From Bacillota bacterium (lineage in GTDB: Bacteria > Bacillota > Ch66 > Ch109), in assembly GCA_050952625.1 (NCBI GenBank), contig JBMNLH010000001.1:736001-800000 (forward strand): a DNA stretch of 64,000 bases, read 5' to 3'. A model generated the notes under the pieces. It was not told where the DNA came from. It saw only the letters and a program-made list of their open reading frames with translations, and did not search any database. The translations under genes were made by a program, and so were the position numbers. Below, in pieces: positions 21,053-31,169 of the stretch (positions within the stretch are counted from its first letter, which is position 1; each line of letters begins with the position of its first letter).

Positions 21053-21442
21053 GTGAGAGGGAATAAATCCGAAAAAATTCCCAGTATAAAAAATGACTAC
21101 GGCATGATAACTTTGGCCGAAGAAGTAGTGACTAGTATTGTTGGTCTGGCTGCTTCTGAGTGTTACGGAGTAGTAGGAATGGCTCCGCGCCGGATGACGG
21201 AAGATCTGGGTGATATCTTGAAACGGGATTCCCTGGGCCGTGGAGTCGAGGTAGAGTGGAAAGACGGGAAGCTGTTTATTAAGGTATTTATCACAGTTGG
21301 TTATGGCACCCGGATTTCTGAAGTGGCAAATAACGTAATTAGACAGGTTCATTACTCTGTTGAACACATTACGGGCTTATCAGTAGGCCAGGTAAATGTT
21401 ATGGTTCGAGGGGTCAGAGTAATGAATGGCAAACGTGGTTGA
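21053..21442 (+). CDS. Asp23/Gls24 family protein (YloU)
   Basis: ECYGVVGM, YGTRISEVA; divergent from rpmB and upstream of the DAK2 gene. Confidence 0.92.
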   Translation: MRGNKSEKIPSIKNDYGMITLAEEVVTSIVGLAASECYGVVGMAPRRMTEDLGDILKRDSLGRGVEVEWKDGKLFIKVFITVGYGTRISEVANNVIRQVHYSVEHITGLSVGQVNVMVRGVRVMNGKRG

Positions 21443-23236
21443 ATGGGGGAGCAGGTAGTGCTAATTAAGTTAAATGGGGCCATATTGTATAATATGTTTC
21501 GCCGGGGGTTAATGGTACTAGAAGAAAATCGGGAAGCGGTTGATATTTTAAATGTGTTTCCGGTCCCAGATGGTGACACCGGAACAAATATGGTTTTGAC
21601 AATGCGGTCTGCCCTTAAAGAAATGGAAAAGGCTGAATCCAATAACCTCCCGGAGTTGGTTCAGGCTGCCTCTCTTGGTTCATTAATGGGGGCACGCGGT
21701 AATTCCGGAGTCATCTTGTCTCAGCTATTACGGGGATTTGCTAAAGGCCTAGAAGGTAAGACCGAGGTTAACGCTCTAGAATTTGCCCAGGCCATGCAAA
21801 TCGGGGTTAATACTGCCTACAAGGCAGTGATGAAACCGGTAGAAGGGACCATTCTGACTGTCTCCCGGGAAGCCGCCCAAGGAGCCTTGGAGATTGCCAA
21901 AAAGTCGAATGATATTCTAGCAGTCCTGGATGCTGCTGTGACTAACGGAGAAGAGGCCTTATTACATACTCCCGACCTTTTGCCGGTTTTAAAACGGGCC
22001 GGGGTGGTTGATGCTGGCGGAAAGGGATTTATTTTTATCTTACGTGGACTGCGCGAAGCAGCGGATAACGCGGGTGAAGATAAAGACCTGGAGGGTCAAC
22101 CAACGGATTCTGTCCGGCCAGAAATTAAAATGGACATAGCTCGATTAACTCAGAGCCAGCCGGCTGCTGAGTCTGATTCTGTCATTGAATTCCAGTACTG
22201 TACTGAGGTAATCGTCAAGGGGCAGCAACTACCGTTAGAACAACTGCGGCAGGATTTAGCTTTATTAGGGGATTGTTTGCTGGTTGTAGGGACCGAACAG
22301 CTAGCCAAGGTGCATCTGCATTCAAACAACCCCGGATTGGTTCTGGAAAATTGTCTAAAGTTTGGTTCTTTACATCAGATTAAAGTTGATAACATGCAGG
22401 AACAGCATCGGGTATTAGGTGAGTCAGGGTTGGTCCGTGATCTAGCCCAGTCAGAGTCAATAAGCGCGGAAACCATCGATGTTGCTGCAAAACCAGTTGT
22501 AACCAATGATTCTGCTCAAGATCAATTTTCACACCGGCAGATAGAATCTCCATCCGCAATTATTTCAGAACAGGTTGACAAGAAGGTCGGTCTGGTCGCT
22601 GTGGCTGTCGGTCAAGGGATCGGGGAGATCTTACGTAGTTTAGGAGTAGATGAGGTGGTTGAAGGTGGCCAAACCATGAATCCAAGTATTGAAGACCTAG
22701 TACAGGCAATTAATCGAATCTCGACCTCTCAGGTAATTATTTTGCCAAATAACAGTAATATAATTTTGGCCGCTGAACAGGCCGCTAACTTGGTAGAAAA
22801 AGAGGTTAAGGTAGTACCGACCCGGAGTTTAGCCCAGTCAATTAGTGCCCTCGTTGCTTTTGACTTAGATGCCTCCCTTGAAGATAATTATCAGAGTATG
22901 TTGGCCGGAAGCAAACGGGCAAAATCAGGAGAAGTCACCTGCGCGGTTCGTGATTGTCAGCTGGATGACTTGGATATTAAAGCCAATCAGATAATCGGAA
23001 TTGCTAACGGAACAATAAAGGTAGCCGGCGAAGATCCTGCCCAAGTCGTAAAGGATCTGCTCCAGCAAATGGTTGAGGAAGAAGACGAAATCATCACCAT
23101 ATTCTATGGGGAAGACGTAGAAGCCAACCAGGCCGAAGAACTAGCCGCCGCATTAAGCCAAGACTTTCCCAATTGTGAAATAGAACTCCACCAAGGCGGC
23201 CAGCCATTATACCATTATTATATAGCTGTAGAATAG
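21443..23236 (+). CDS. fakA: DAK2-domain fatty acid kinase subunit (YloV/FakA)
   Basis: LNVFPVPDGDTGTNM, GARGNSGVILSQ, KPVEGTILTV, GVVDAGG, GGQTMNPS, GGQPLY. Confidence 0.92.
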   Translation: MGEQVVLIKLNGAILYNMFRRGLMVLEENREAVDILNVFPVPDGDTGTNMVLTMRSALKEMEKAESNNLPELVQAASLGSLMGARGNSGVILSQLLRGFAKGLEGKTEVNALEFAQAMQIGVNTAYKAVMKPVEGTILTVSREAAQGALEIAKKSNDILAVLDAAVTNGEEALLHTPDLLPVLKRAGVVDAGGKGFIFILRGLREAADNAGEDKDLEGQPTDSVRPEIKMDIARLTQSQPAAESDSVIEFQYCTEVIVKGQQLPLEQLRQDLALLGDCLLVVGTEQLAKVHLHSNNPGLVLENCLKFGSLHQIKVDNMQEQHRVLGESGLVRDLAQSESISAETIDVAAKPVVTNDSAQDQFSHRQIESPSAIISEQVDKKVGLVAVAVGQGIGEILRSLGVDEVVEGGQTMNPSIEDLVQAINRISTSQVIILPNNSNIILAAEQAANLVEKEVKVVPTRSLAQSISALVAFDLDASLEDNYQSMLAGSKRAKSGEVTCAVRDCQLDDLDIKANQIIGIANGTIKVAGEDPAQVVKDLLQQMVEEEDEIITIFYGEDVEANQAEELAAALSQDFPNCEIELHQGGQPLYHYYIAVE

Positions 23237-23401
23237 GAGCACCGTATCTAAGCCTACAGGAAAAAACTGAATGATAAAGAAGCAGAACTTTAGCACCGCA
23301 GAAACTGCATAAAAGGAAAGAGGCGCGACTAGTTAAATAGAAATAGGAGTGCCGTATCTAAGTCTACAGGAAAAAACTGCATTAAATAGAAGTAGAACTT
23401 T
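23232..23401 (+). repeat. Imperfect ~60-bp direct repeat, two copies 110 bp apart
   Basis: AATAGGAGYRCCGTATCTAAGYCTACAGGAAAAAACTG...GAAGYAGAACTTT at 23232 and 23342. Confidence 0.8.
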
Positions 23402-23492
23402 TAATTTATTATTAGAACTTTAGGTGCCGCAAGGCACCCGTTTTTATGCCGGAAGTCCCTATTTCTCTTGCGCAAAAATTAAGGGAGAAGTA

Positions 23493-25973
23493 ATGAATAC
23501 GGAATTAGTTGATCGATTAAAGAACATATTAATAACAGAAAAACGGCTTAATTGTACTAATTCCTCAGTTTACGGTGGTTTTACGAATTTTATCGAAAGA
23601 GAAGCCCGGCAATGGCTGGCGCAATTTGATGAACAGTCTATTACTCCGCCTATTATTGATACTCGACCATACTGGCAGCGATTAATCGAGCTGGCTCAGG
23701 TTTATCTAGAAGTGCCGCCGGCTCATCGGCTGACAAAGTTGGAAGAGATGGAAAGAATAGTAGGCTTAATCCAAATGAGCAGCCCAGGTAACGAAACAAG
23801 GGTCAATTCAGGTGAGAATCCATCAAACCAGACTGTCGGATTCCAAGCAGGGTATTTGTCTGAGTTGCTTCCGCCTAAAAAAAATTACCCCGACCAGGTT
23901 AATTCATACCATGACCCCTCTGGTACTAATATTCAATTTCTGCGGGGAGTTGGTCCGCAGCGGGGAAAATTGCTGAATCGACTGGGGATCAAGACAGTCT
24001 TTGATTTATTGCGGTATTATCCGCGCGATTATGAGGATCGCACTCAGGTGCCACTTCTTAAAGATGTCCGTCCGGGTGAAAGACCAGTTACAGTAATCGG
24101 CACAGTACAGGCGGTTAGCAGAATTCAGACTTCTTCGAAGGTTGTGGTTATCAAGGTTCTTCTGGTTGACCAGAGCGGGAGTCTTAACGCTGTTTGGTTT
24201 AATCAGCCTTATTTAATGAGAAATATAAAACCAGGCCAAAAATTACTAGTTACTGGTAAGATAGTGCCGGCTCTTAAGGGTGGCTGGGAAATCCAAGTTC
24301 GGGAGTATGAGCAGTTTGATGAAACTGCTGCTCAATCTAACAGTCAAATTGTCCCTGTTTATACCGCCACAGACGGACTGCCTAGTCGCATCCTGCGCAG
24401 CTTAGTGCAACGAGCCCTACCAGATTTTTTAAACAGATTACCGGAAACCTTACCAGAGGAGATACTAAACCGTCATGGACTGTTACCATTGACAGAAGCG
24501 TTAAGCCAAATTCATTTTCCCTCGAACTGTCAGATGCTTGAGGCGGCCCGACGCCGCCTCTGTTTTGAGGAGTTGTTTTTCTTTCAATTAGGCTTAGCAC
24601 TACTTGGCAAAGGAAGACGGACTCAAGCTGGTTACGCGCACCGGGTAGATCCCGAAAGGTTGCATTTGTTTTCTCGTTCCCTAGGTTTTTGTTTAACACC
24701 GGCTCAGCAAAGAGTACTGTCTGAGATTCTCGCGGATATGCATCGGCCGGTGGCCATGAGCCGACTTTTACAAGGCGATGTCGGCTCGGGTAAGACAGTT
24801 ATAGCCGCCGCCGCGTTAGTAGTAACTGTATCCAATGGTTTACAGGGAGCTCTGATGGTTCCGACGGAAATTCTGGCCGAACAACACCAGCAAACCCTGG
24901 CTCAAATGCTGGCCCCGCTGCAAATTCCGGTAGTTCTCCTTAAAGGCGGTCAACCCCGAGCTGAGAGAAGATCAATTGAGGCCGGTCTCAAAGCGGGCAC
25001 AATTCCAGTGGTGGTTGGGACCCAAGCCCTTATTCAGGAGGGAATAGAGTTTCAGCAATTAGGGTTGGTAGTGATTGATGAGCAGCACCGTTTTGGCGTT
25101 AGGCAGCGAGTCAAGCTGCAGCAAAAAGGCAAAGCACCGGATCTCTTGGTGATGACGGCTACACCAATTCCGAGAACACTGGCCTTAACTCTGTACGGTG
25201 ATCTTGATCTATCAATCCTCGATGAATCGCCTCCCGGCCGAAAACCAGTGCGGACCTATGTGGTTAATGAAAGCTACCGGCTGAGATTGAACCGGTTTGT
25301 CCGAGAGCAGGTCCAGTTGGGCCGGCAGGCTTATTACGTGTGTCCCCTGGTTGAAGAATCAGAAAGCCTGGATTTAGAAGCAGCCAGTAGTTTGGCCGTA
25401 GATTTGCAAGAAAAGGCTTTTCCCGATCTGAGGATTGGTTTGGTCCATGGTCGCTTACGGCCTGATGAAAAAGAACAAGTAATGAAAGCTTTTCGACTGG
25501 GGGAGATAGATATCCTGGTATCAACTACCGTAGTTGAGGTAGGAGTTAACGTCCCTAATGCGACAGTAATGGTAATTGAGGGAGCCGAACGGTTTGGGCT
25601 GGCTCAACTTCATCAGCTGCGGGGTAGAGTAGGTCGGAGTGAACATCAGGCTTATTGCATTTTAGTCAGCCAGAACACTTACCCAGAGGCTCGACAACGG
25701 CTGGCAGTTATGGCTGGGACTAACAACGGTTTTGTTATCGCGGAGGAAGACCTTAAGATCAGAGGGCCGGGCGAGTTTTTTGGCCTGAAACAGCACGGTT
25801 TACCTAATCTCAAGCTGGCTAACCTGGTTCGAGATTATAAGCTCTTGGAAATTGCCAGAGCAGAAGCCCAAGCACTAATTAAGACAGATCCCGATTTAGA
25901 GCGAAGTGACTATCAAAAATTATATCTCCTGGCTCGGGAAAGCCTTGGCGGCTTGGATATCCCTCGAAACTAG
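23493..25973 (+). CDS. recG: ATP-dependent DNA helicase RecG with N-terminal extension
   Basis: LQGDVGSGKT, DEQHRFG, TATPIPRTL, QLHQLRGRVGR, RGPGE; wedge domain. Confidence 0.96.
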   Translation: MNTELVDRLKNILITEKRLNCTNSSVYGGFTNFIEREARQWLAQFDEQSITPPIIDTRPYWQRLIELAQVYLEVPPAHRLTKLEEMERIVGLIQMSSPGNETRVNSGENPSNQTVGFQAGYLSELLPPKKNYPDQVNSYHDPSGTNIQFLRGVGPQRGKLLNRLGIKTVFDLLRYYPRDYEDRTQVPLLKDVRPGERPVTVIGTVQAVSRIQTSSKVVVIKVLLVDQSGSLNAVWFNQPYLMRNIKPGQKLLVTGKIVPALKGGWEIQVREYEQFDETAAQSNSQIVPVYTATDGLPSRILRSLVQRALPDFLNRLPETLPEEILNRHGLLPLTEALSQIHFPSNCQMLEAARRRLCFEELFFFQLGLALLGKGRRTQAGYAHRVDPERLHLFSRSLGFCLTPAQQRVLSEILADMHRPVAMSRLLQGDVGSGKTVIAAAALVVTVSNGLQGALMVPTEILAEQHQQTLAQMLAPLQIPVVLLKGGQPRAERRSIEAGLKAGTIPVVVGTQALIQEGIEFQQLGLVVIDEQHRFGVRQRVKLQQKGKAPDLLVMTATPIPRTLALTLYGDLDLSILDESPPGRKPVRTYVVNESYRLRLNRFVREQVQLGRQAYYVCPLVEESESLDLEAASSLAVDLQEKAFPDLRIGLVHGRLRPDEKEQVMKAFRLGEIDILVSTTVVEVGVNVPNATVMVIEGAERFGLAQLHQLRGRVGRSEHQAYCILVSQNTYPEARQRLAVMAGTNNGFVIAEEDLKIRGPGEFFGLKQHGLPNLKLANLVRDYKLLEIARAEAQALIKTDPDLERSDYQKLYLLARESLGGLDIPRN

Positions 25974-26053
25974 TCATAAATTTGTTGTATCTTATTTTTA
26001 TGCAACTTTATTATTCCAAGGTAATCAGCATCAATTAAAGCAAATACTTACTC

Positions 26054-26082
26054 GAATATAAATAAAATTCAGAGACATAATA
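26054..26082 (+). promoter_or_regulatory. Putative SigG-type forespore promoter of the SASP gene
   Basis: GAATA-N17-CATAATA upstream of an alpha/beta SASP gene. Confidence 0.5.
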
Positions 26083-26243
26083 AGATCAAGAAAGCAAGGT
26101 GTTACCGATGAGGCAAAGGCAACTGGGCTTCGGATGGTTCAAAACCTTGCTTTCTCCTCTCCAAATTCAGTCCGGTGACTAACTGGCGAGACAGGATTAA
26201 ACAAGAAAACCGAGTAATCGGAACTTTGAAAGGAGGTGCGAAA

Positions 26244-26528
26244 ATGCCACGTAATCGGAATAATGCGGTTGTCCCGCAGGCCCGTGCAGCTTTGGATAAA
26301 TTTAAATTCGAAGTAGCCAATGAAATTGGCCTGGGCCAAGCATACCAGTCCGGTGATTTGGGAAATCTTACCTCACGACAGAATGGTGCCGTGGGGGGAT
26401 ATATGACCAAGAAGATGATCCAGTTGGCAGAACAGCAACTGGCTAATGACCCGAACTTCACCCAGCAACTAGCAAGTTCGGCAGGGCAAGATCATCGACA
26501 AGGTGCAACTTTACAATCTGGTCGGTAA
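26244..26528 (+). CDS. Alpha/beta-type small acid-soluble spore protein with C-terminal extension
   Basis: VVPQARAALDKFKFEVANEIG...GNLTSRQNGAVGGYMTKKMI; RBS AAAGGAGGTG. Confidence 0.92.
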   Translation: MPRNRNNAVVPQARAALDKFKFEVANEIGLGQAYQSGDLGNLTSRQNGAVGGYMTKKMIQLAEQQLANDPNFTQQLASSAGQDHRQGATLQSGR

Positions 26529-26609
26529 AGCTAGCTAGCCCAAATTACTTCTTTCGTGGTTATAGAACTAAGGTTCGGGAGGTCTGGGTTTATTCTCAGA
26601 CCTCTTTTT

Positions 26610-27575
26610 CTATTGTAAATAGAAACTTAGATTTGACGGAGTAACGCTTGGATGAAGAGCCTGGTTAATTCCCCTGGCGATGGTTTTAGCCAGATTCTCA
26701 ACCATCGAATCAATTTCTTTAGGCGTTACGGTTAAACTACCGCCAAATGGAGACAGGACGTTGCTAATAACATCGTTTATTATCGGTGGACGTAGACCTT
26801 GATACATATTTAATTCTTGAAACAACTTAAGGATTACTTCTTCCATAATAATCGCGGCGTGGACCACGGTTGGACACCCGATGGCAATAACGGGTATCCC
26901 CATGGTTTCTTGGTTAATTCCCGCTCGTTGATTACCAACTCCAGAACCCGGTGAGATTCCCGTATCAGCAATTTGAATCGTACTGCCAATTCGATCAATA
27001 CTTTTAGCCGCAAGGGCGTCAACCACGACCATGATATTGGGTTGAACTTTTTCGACTACTCCGCGAAGTATCTCCGCTGTTTCAATTCCGGTTATACCTA
27101 ACACCCCTGGTGCTAAAGCACAGACAGAACGCAGGCCGGGTGTTAAAGCCTCGGGTGCATAGTTATATAGGTGTCGAGTAACCACGCTTTGATCGATTAC
27201 TTTTGGCCCCAAGGCATCCGGGGTGGCGTTCCAGTTTCCCAGGCCGACCAATAAAATGTTTAGTTGTTCACTGGTCGGAATAAGCTCCTGTAATTTTCTG
27301 GCTAGCACATTACTGATTTCAGTTTGAATTTCTGGGTCAATAATCCTTAAATTTGGAGCTTCAATTGTAATATATTTACCTAATGGTTTATTCATCATTC
27401 GAGCACCCTCAGGAGAGAGGATGGTCACTGTGGTTACCGTGGCATTTGATAGTTCTTCTTTATCTTCCCTAACCCCAGGGATTTCTTGGCCAGTGGCACC
27501 GCGCAGAAGTTCGTGGGCTTCCAGAGCTAGATCAAGATTAATGCCCAATTGTTGATACAAGCTAGGATTATTCAT
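26610..27575 (-). CDS. gpr: GPR endopeptidase (germination protease)
   Basis: DLALEA, VGLGNWNATPDALGP, PGVLGITGIET, VVDALAA, GISPGSGVGN, VTPKEID. Confidence 0.93.
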   Translation of the reverse strand: MNNPSLYQQLGINLDLALEAHELLRGATGQEIPGVREDKEELSNATVTTVTILSPEGARMMNKPLGKYITIEAPNLRIIDPEIQTEISNVLARKLQELIPTSEQLNILLVGLGNWNATPDALGPKVIDQSVVTRHLYNYAPEALTPGLRSVCALAPGVLGITGIETAEILRGVVEKVQPNIMVVVDALAAKSIDRIGSTIQIADTGISPGSGVGNQRAGINQETMGIPVIAIGCPTVVHAAIIMEEVILKLFQELNMYQGLRPPIINDVISNVLSPFGGSLTVTPKEIDSMVENLAKTIARGINQALHPSVTPSNLSFYLQ

Positions 27576-27819
27576 CGTTTCCTCCTAGTAAGCAAAGGAT
27601 ACTTTTTTGCTAGGAATTACACAGTCTGCCAATTCGACTTCTTACTCGTAATTTCCCCTTGTTTCGCGTAATTATTCTAGTTTAAAGAATATTTTTTATC
27701 CAATAAACTGTTAATCATATAACATTAAGTCGAGTTACTACTGTATTTATGCTATAATTTTGGATGATGCTTAAGGATAACTAATTTCGTTTAATACCTA
27801 ATACCATAAGGATGACTGG

Positions 27820-28380
27820 ATGTTAAGAGTTATTGCTGGAATTAACGGTGGGCAGAAATTAAAAACTTTAAGGGGTCGAGATACCAGGCCGACGGCAGAC
27901 CGGGTGCGAGAAGCATTGTTTAATGTTTTGAGTACCCGGATAATTGGCTGTCAATTCCTAGATTTATTTGCGGGAACCGGCGCAATCGGTATTGAGGCCC
28001 TTAGTCGGGGAGCAGAGCGGGTGATTTTTATCGAAAGCAACCCGGCAGCTGTTCGGATTATTCAGGATAACCTGACAATAGTGGAGAAGCAGGAACAAGC
28101 AGAAGTATTACGTCGAAAATTGCCTGAGGGATTGGCAGCAGTAGCCGCTCAAGGTCTTAAATTTGATATAATATTTTTAGATCCTCCTTATTGGAAACAG
28201 ATGACTGAAAATACCTTAGCCAATCTGGTGCATCTTAATTTAGTGACCCCAGAGGGATGGGTGGTTGTTGAATCAGCGGCCAAAGAACCATTGCCGTCTG
28301 TAATTCAGGGAAGATTAGAGACTTTTAAGGATAAGCATTATGGAGATACCAGATTACGATATTTTCGATGGATGAGTTAA
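27820..28380 (+). CDS. rsmD: 16S rRNA (guanine(966)-N2)-methyltransferase
   Basis: TRPTADRVREALF, LDLFAGTG, EALSRGA, DPPY. Confidence 0.95.
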   Translation: MLRVIAGINGGQKLKTLRGRDTRPTADRVREALFNVLSTRIIGCQFLDLFAGTGAIGIEALSRGAERVIFIESNPAAVRIIQDNLTIVEKQEQAEVLRRKLPEGLAAVAAQGLKFDIIFLDPPYWKQMTENTLANLVHLNLVTPEGWVVVESAAKEPLPSVIQGRLETFKDKHYGDTRLRYFRWMS

Positions 28381-28394
28381 ATGGGGGGATAAAT

Positions 28395-28871
28395 TTGAAG
28401 CTTATGACATTATTAGAGGAGTTTGAACAGTATATTGAAAACAGCCGCCGGATACCAATGACGGGTAAACTGATAGTGGATGGGGATCAATTACTGGACT
28501 ATATTGATCAGATCCGGGAGGCTCTCCCGGACGAAGTCGCGGAAGCGCAACGTATTGCCAGAGACAGGGAAAGAATGTTAAAAGAAGCCAAACGGGAAGC
28601 GGAGCAGATGGTAGAGGATACCCGGCTGCATATGACCCGGATGGTAGATGACCACGAAGTAAGCCGTCATGCTCAAGATGTAGCAGAAAAAGTAGTATCA
28701 GATGCTCAGCAAGTGGCCAAGGAGATTCGGCTAGGGGCTAACGAATATGCTGATGAGGTCCTAAAAAGTATTGAATCAGTTTTGGATCAAGTTTTAGAAA
28801 CTATTGAAAAGACTGCTAGTTCAGTGCACCGTGATCGAGAGGAATTAAACCGAACAAAGGTTAACTCTTGA
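28395..28871 (+). CDS. Conserved coiled-coil protein (DivIVA/ATPase subunit-like), usually downstream of coaD
   Basis: IPMTGK..VD...LLDYIDQIREALP.E...A..YADEVL pattern; TTG start after GGGGG. Confidence 0.75.
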   Translation: MKLMTLLEEFEQYIENSRRIPMTGKLIVDGDQLLDYIDQIREALPDEVAEAQRIARDRERMLKEAKREAEQMVEDTRLHMTRMVDDHEVSRHAQDVAEKVVSDAQQVAKEIRLGANEYADEVLKSIESVLDQVLETIEKTASSVHRDREELNRTKVNS

Positions 28872-30102
28872 ACTTTAGACGATGAAGACTACGTGCGGAT
28901 TGATTAGTTATTGTGGTAATTAATCCAACTATTAGCAGGATGCCTAGGGAGTAAAGCAAGAATTTCCCGGAATGCCAGATTGCAACGCTGAAAGATAGAT
29001 GTTCAGTTATGACAGTTGACCACGCTGGTTCAGATAGCTTAAGAATTTCCCAGCGAAAAGCCCCAATAAAAATCAGGCTGGATAAGACGGCGTGGGTTAA
29101 GCGGGCTACGATAAAGGGACCGAGGCGAATATCAGTATCGGCAATAAAACTGGCGATTTGAGCATGAATTGCAAGACCGCTCCAGCCTAAGATAGCACTT
29201 ACTAAGGTCAACCGGGTTTCTAAGGAAAGGGGTAATTGACTGGCAGACTTTGTTCCCAGAGTTATTTCCCAGAAACCAATGGCGAGGGAATGACACATTA
29301 ACGAATCGATTCCAGGGAACAGTCTAGTTATTAAAGCAGCCAACCAATTTAGTACTCCGAGAAGACTTAGTATTTTCATCAAAACAGAAAAGAAAATAAT
29401 AAACCCGCCAATAGTCAGCAGATTGGACATAGCTTGACGCACGGCATCCCCCAATAATTGGCCAATCGGACGTCCATCCTGGTGGCGCGCCTCGATTAGA
29501 GCACGCCAGGGACTAGTTCTCGAGTTTGTTTGCGGCGAAAAAGATTTTCGCTCAGGGTCACGCCGACAATAAAAGCGCATGGCCCAACCTATTATCAAGT
29601 TAGTACCATAATGAATTGCGGCTAGACTCATTCCAATAGAGGGCAGACCGAACATACCTACCGGTATGGCAACTAACATAAACAAAGGACTAGCATTATT
29701 CGTAAAACTAATCAGACGTTCTGCTTCAATCCGGGTACAAAGACCTTCCCGTCGCAAACGACCAGTCAGAATTGCGCCGACCGGGAATCCGGAAGTATAC
29801 CCCATTGCGGCGACAAAAGCACCTGGACCAGGGATATTAAAGATTGGACGCATCAGGGGTTCCAGTAGTTTTCCCAGAAAGTGGACTACTCCTAAACCCA
29901 TCATTAGTTCAGAAGCAATTAAAAATGGGAGGATTGAGGGGAGAACAATCTGAAACCAAAGAAGTAATCCCTCGGTTGAGGCGGCCAAAATTTCGGCCGG
30001 GTTAAATATCATAATTAACACTAAAAAAACAAACACACTAGCGGCTAAGACAATTAGCAGATCAGAAATCAGTGATTTTTTTGCGGCGAATTGTATTTTC
30101 AT
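28861..30102 (-). CDS. ylbJ: Sporulation integral membrane protein YlbJ
   Basis: GLLLWFQIVLPSILPF, SGFPVGA, NNASPLF, GFWEITLG, GWSGLAIHAQ. Confidence 0.93.
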   Translation of the reverse strand: MKIQFAAKKSLISDLLIVLAASVFVFLVLIMIFNPAEILAASTEGLLLWFQIVLPSILPFLIASELMMGLGVVHFLGKLLEPLMRPIFNIPGPGAFVAAMGYTSGFPVGAILTGRLRREGLCTRIEAERLISFTNNASPLFMLVAIPVGMFGLPSIGMSLAAIHYGTNLIIGWAMRFYCRRDPERKSFSPQTNSRTSPWRALIEARHQDGRPIGQLLGDAVRQAMSNLLTIGGFIIFFSVLMKILSLLGVLNWLAALITRLFPGIDSLMCHSLAIGFWEITLGTKSASQLPLSLETRLTLVSAILGWSGLAIHAQIASFIADTDIRLGPFIVARLTHAVLSSLIFIGAFRWEILKLSEPAWSTVITEHLSFSVAIWHSGKFLLYSLGILLIVGLITTITNQSARSLHRLKFKS

Positions 30103-30237
30103 ATCTGACCTCCAAAAACAATTCTCTTATAAATCTGCGATGAAGATCTTTTTAGGTTTTTATTGGGAACACTAAAGTATACGGTTGTTTCTGTCTTAAT
30201 ATAACTATTTAGGAAGGAAAAGGAGAAGGGGGGTGAG

Positions 30238-31008
30238 ATGATGGGTTGCAAGAAGTTGGGCTTAGTATTAGGGGCAGGTAGTGCCCGGGGACTGGCGCAC
30301 ATTGGGGTAATTCAGGTCCTGCAAGAGGAAGCAATTCCGATCAATTTGGTGGTTGGTAGTAGTATGGGGGCAGTCATCGGTGCTTGTTATGCGGCCGGAA
30401 CAGATATGTACCTTTTACCGCAACTGGTTGCCGAGATGAATATTAACCAGCTAATTGACATGCAGATCCCGCGGAAAGGCTTTATCGCCGGCAATAAAAT
30501 ACAGGAATTAATTAAATTATTAACCCACGGGAAAAATTTTGATCAATTATCAATTCCCCTGGCTGTATTAGCCACGGATCTTGAAGCTGGAAAAAGAGTC
30601 GTCTTCCAAGATGGACCGGTTTACCAGGCGGTGAGGGCCAGTATCTCTATTCCCGGCATCTTTCAACCCGTAGAGCTAAATAATCGTCTATTAGTTGATG
30701 GGGCAGTAACTGAACGGTTACCGGCAAACATCGCCAGAGAACTAGGTGCCGAGGTTATTATTGCAGTCGATGTAACCTTTGGTAATCATGAGATGAAGAT
30801 AAACTCAATTTTGGATATTTTTCTCCAGTCGATTTCCCTCCTGGAAAGACAGATCCACGATAGCCGGATTCAAGAGATTGATATTTTGATTCAGCCGGAA
30901 GTGGGGAATCTGGGGATGAAACGATTCGATTTGGTTGAGGAGGCAGTACAAGCCGGGAGGGAAGCAACCAAACCGTTTTTACCCTTGATCAAAGAGTTGT
31001 TAAGTTAG
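30238..31008 (+). CDS. Patatin-like phospholipase (YlbK family)
   Basis: LGAGSARGLAHIGV, GSSMG, ASISIPG, VDG. Confidence 0.92.
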   Translation: MMGCKKLGLVLGAGSARGLAHIGVIQVLQEEAIPINLVVGSSMGAVIGACYAAGTDMYLLPQLVAEMNINQLIDMQIPRKGFIAGNKIQELIKLLTHGKNFDQLSIPLAVLATDLEAGKRVVFQDGPVYQAVRASISIPGIFQPVELNNRLLVDGAVTERLPANIARELGAEVIIAVDVTFGNHEMKINSILDIFLQSISLLERQIHDSRIQEIDILIQPEVGNLGMKRFDLVEEAVQAGREATKPFLPLIKELLS

Positions 31009-31169
31009 ATTGAGTTTTTAATCCTTTTTTAGACTGAGCTTGAATGGAAGTTCTTACTTTCTTAATCCTAATAAAATAGGGTTCCATTATGTACCACGGT
31101 AAGTTATAATTAATTCTGATAAGCTTCTTGGTTGTTCGACAAATAACATATAATGAAGGAGGGCTTACT

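Noticed and set aside
23232-23401. Possible CRISPR mini-array
   Set aside because: Only two imperfect ~60-bp units, no spacer regularity and no cas genes
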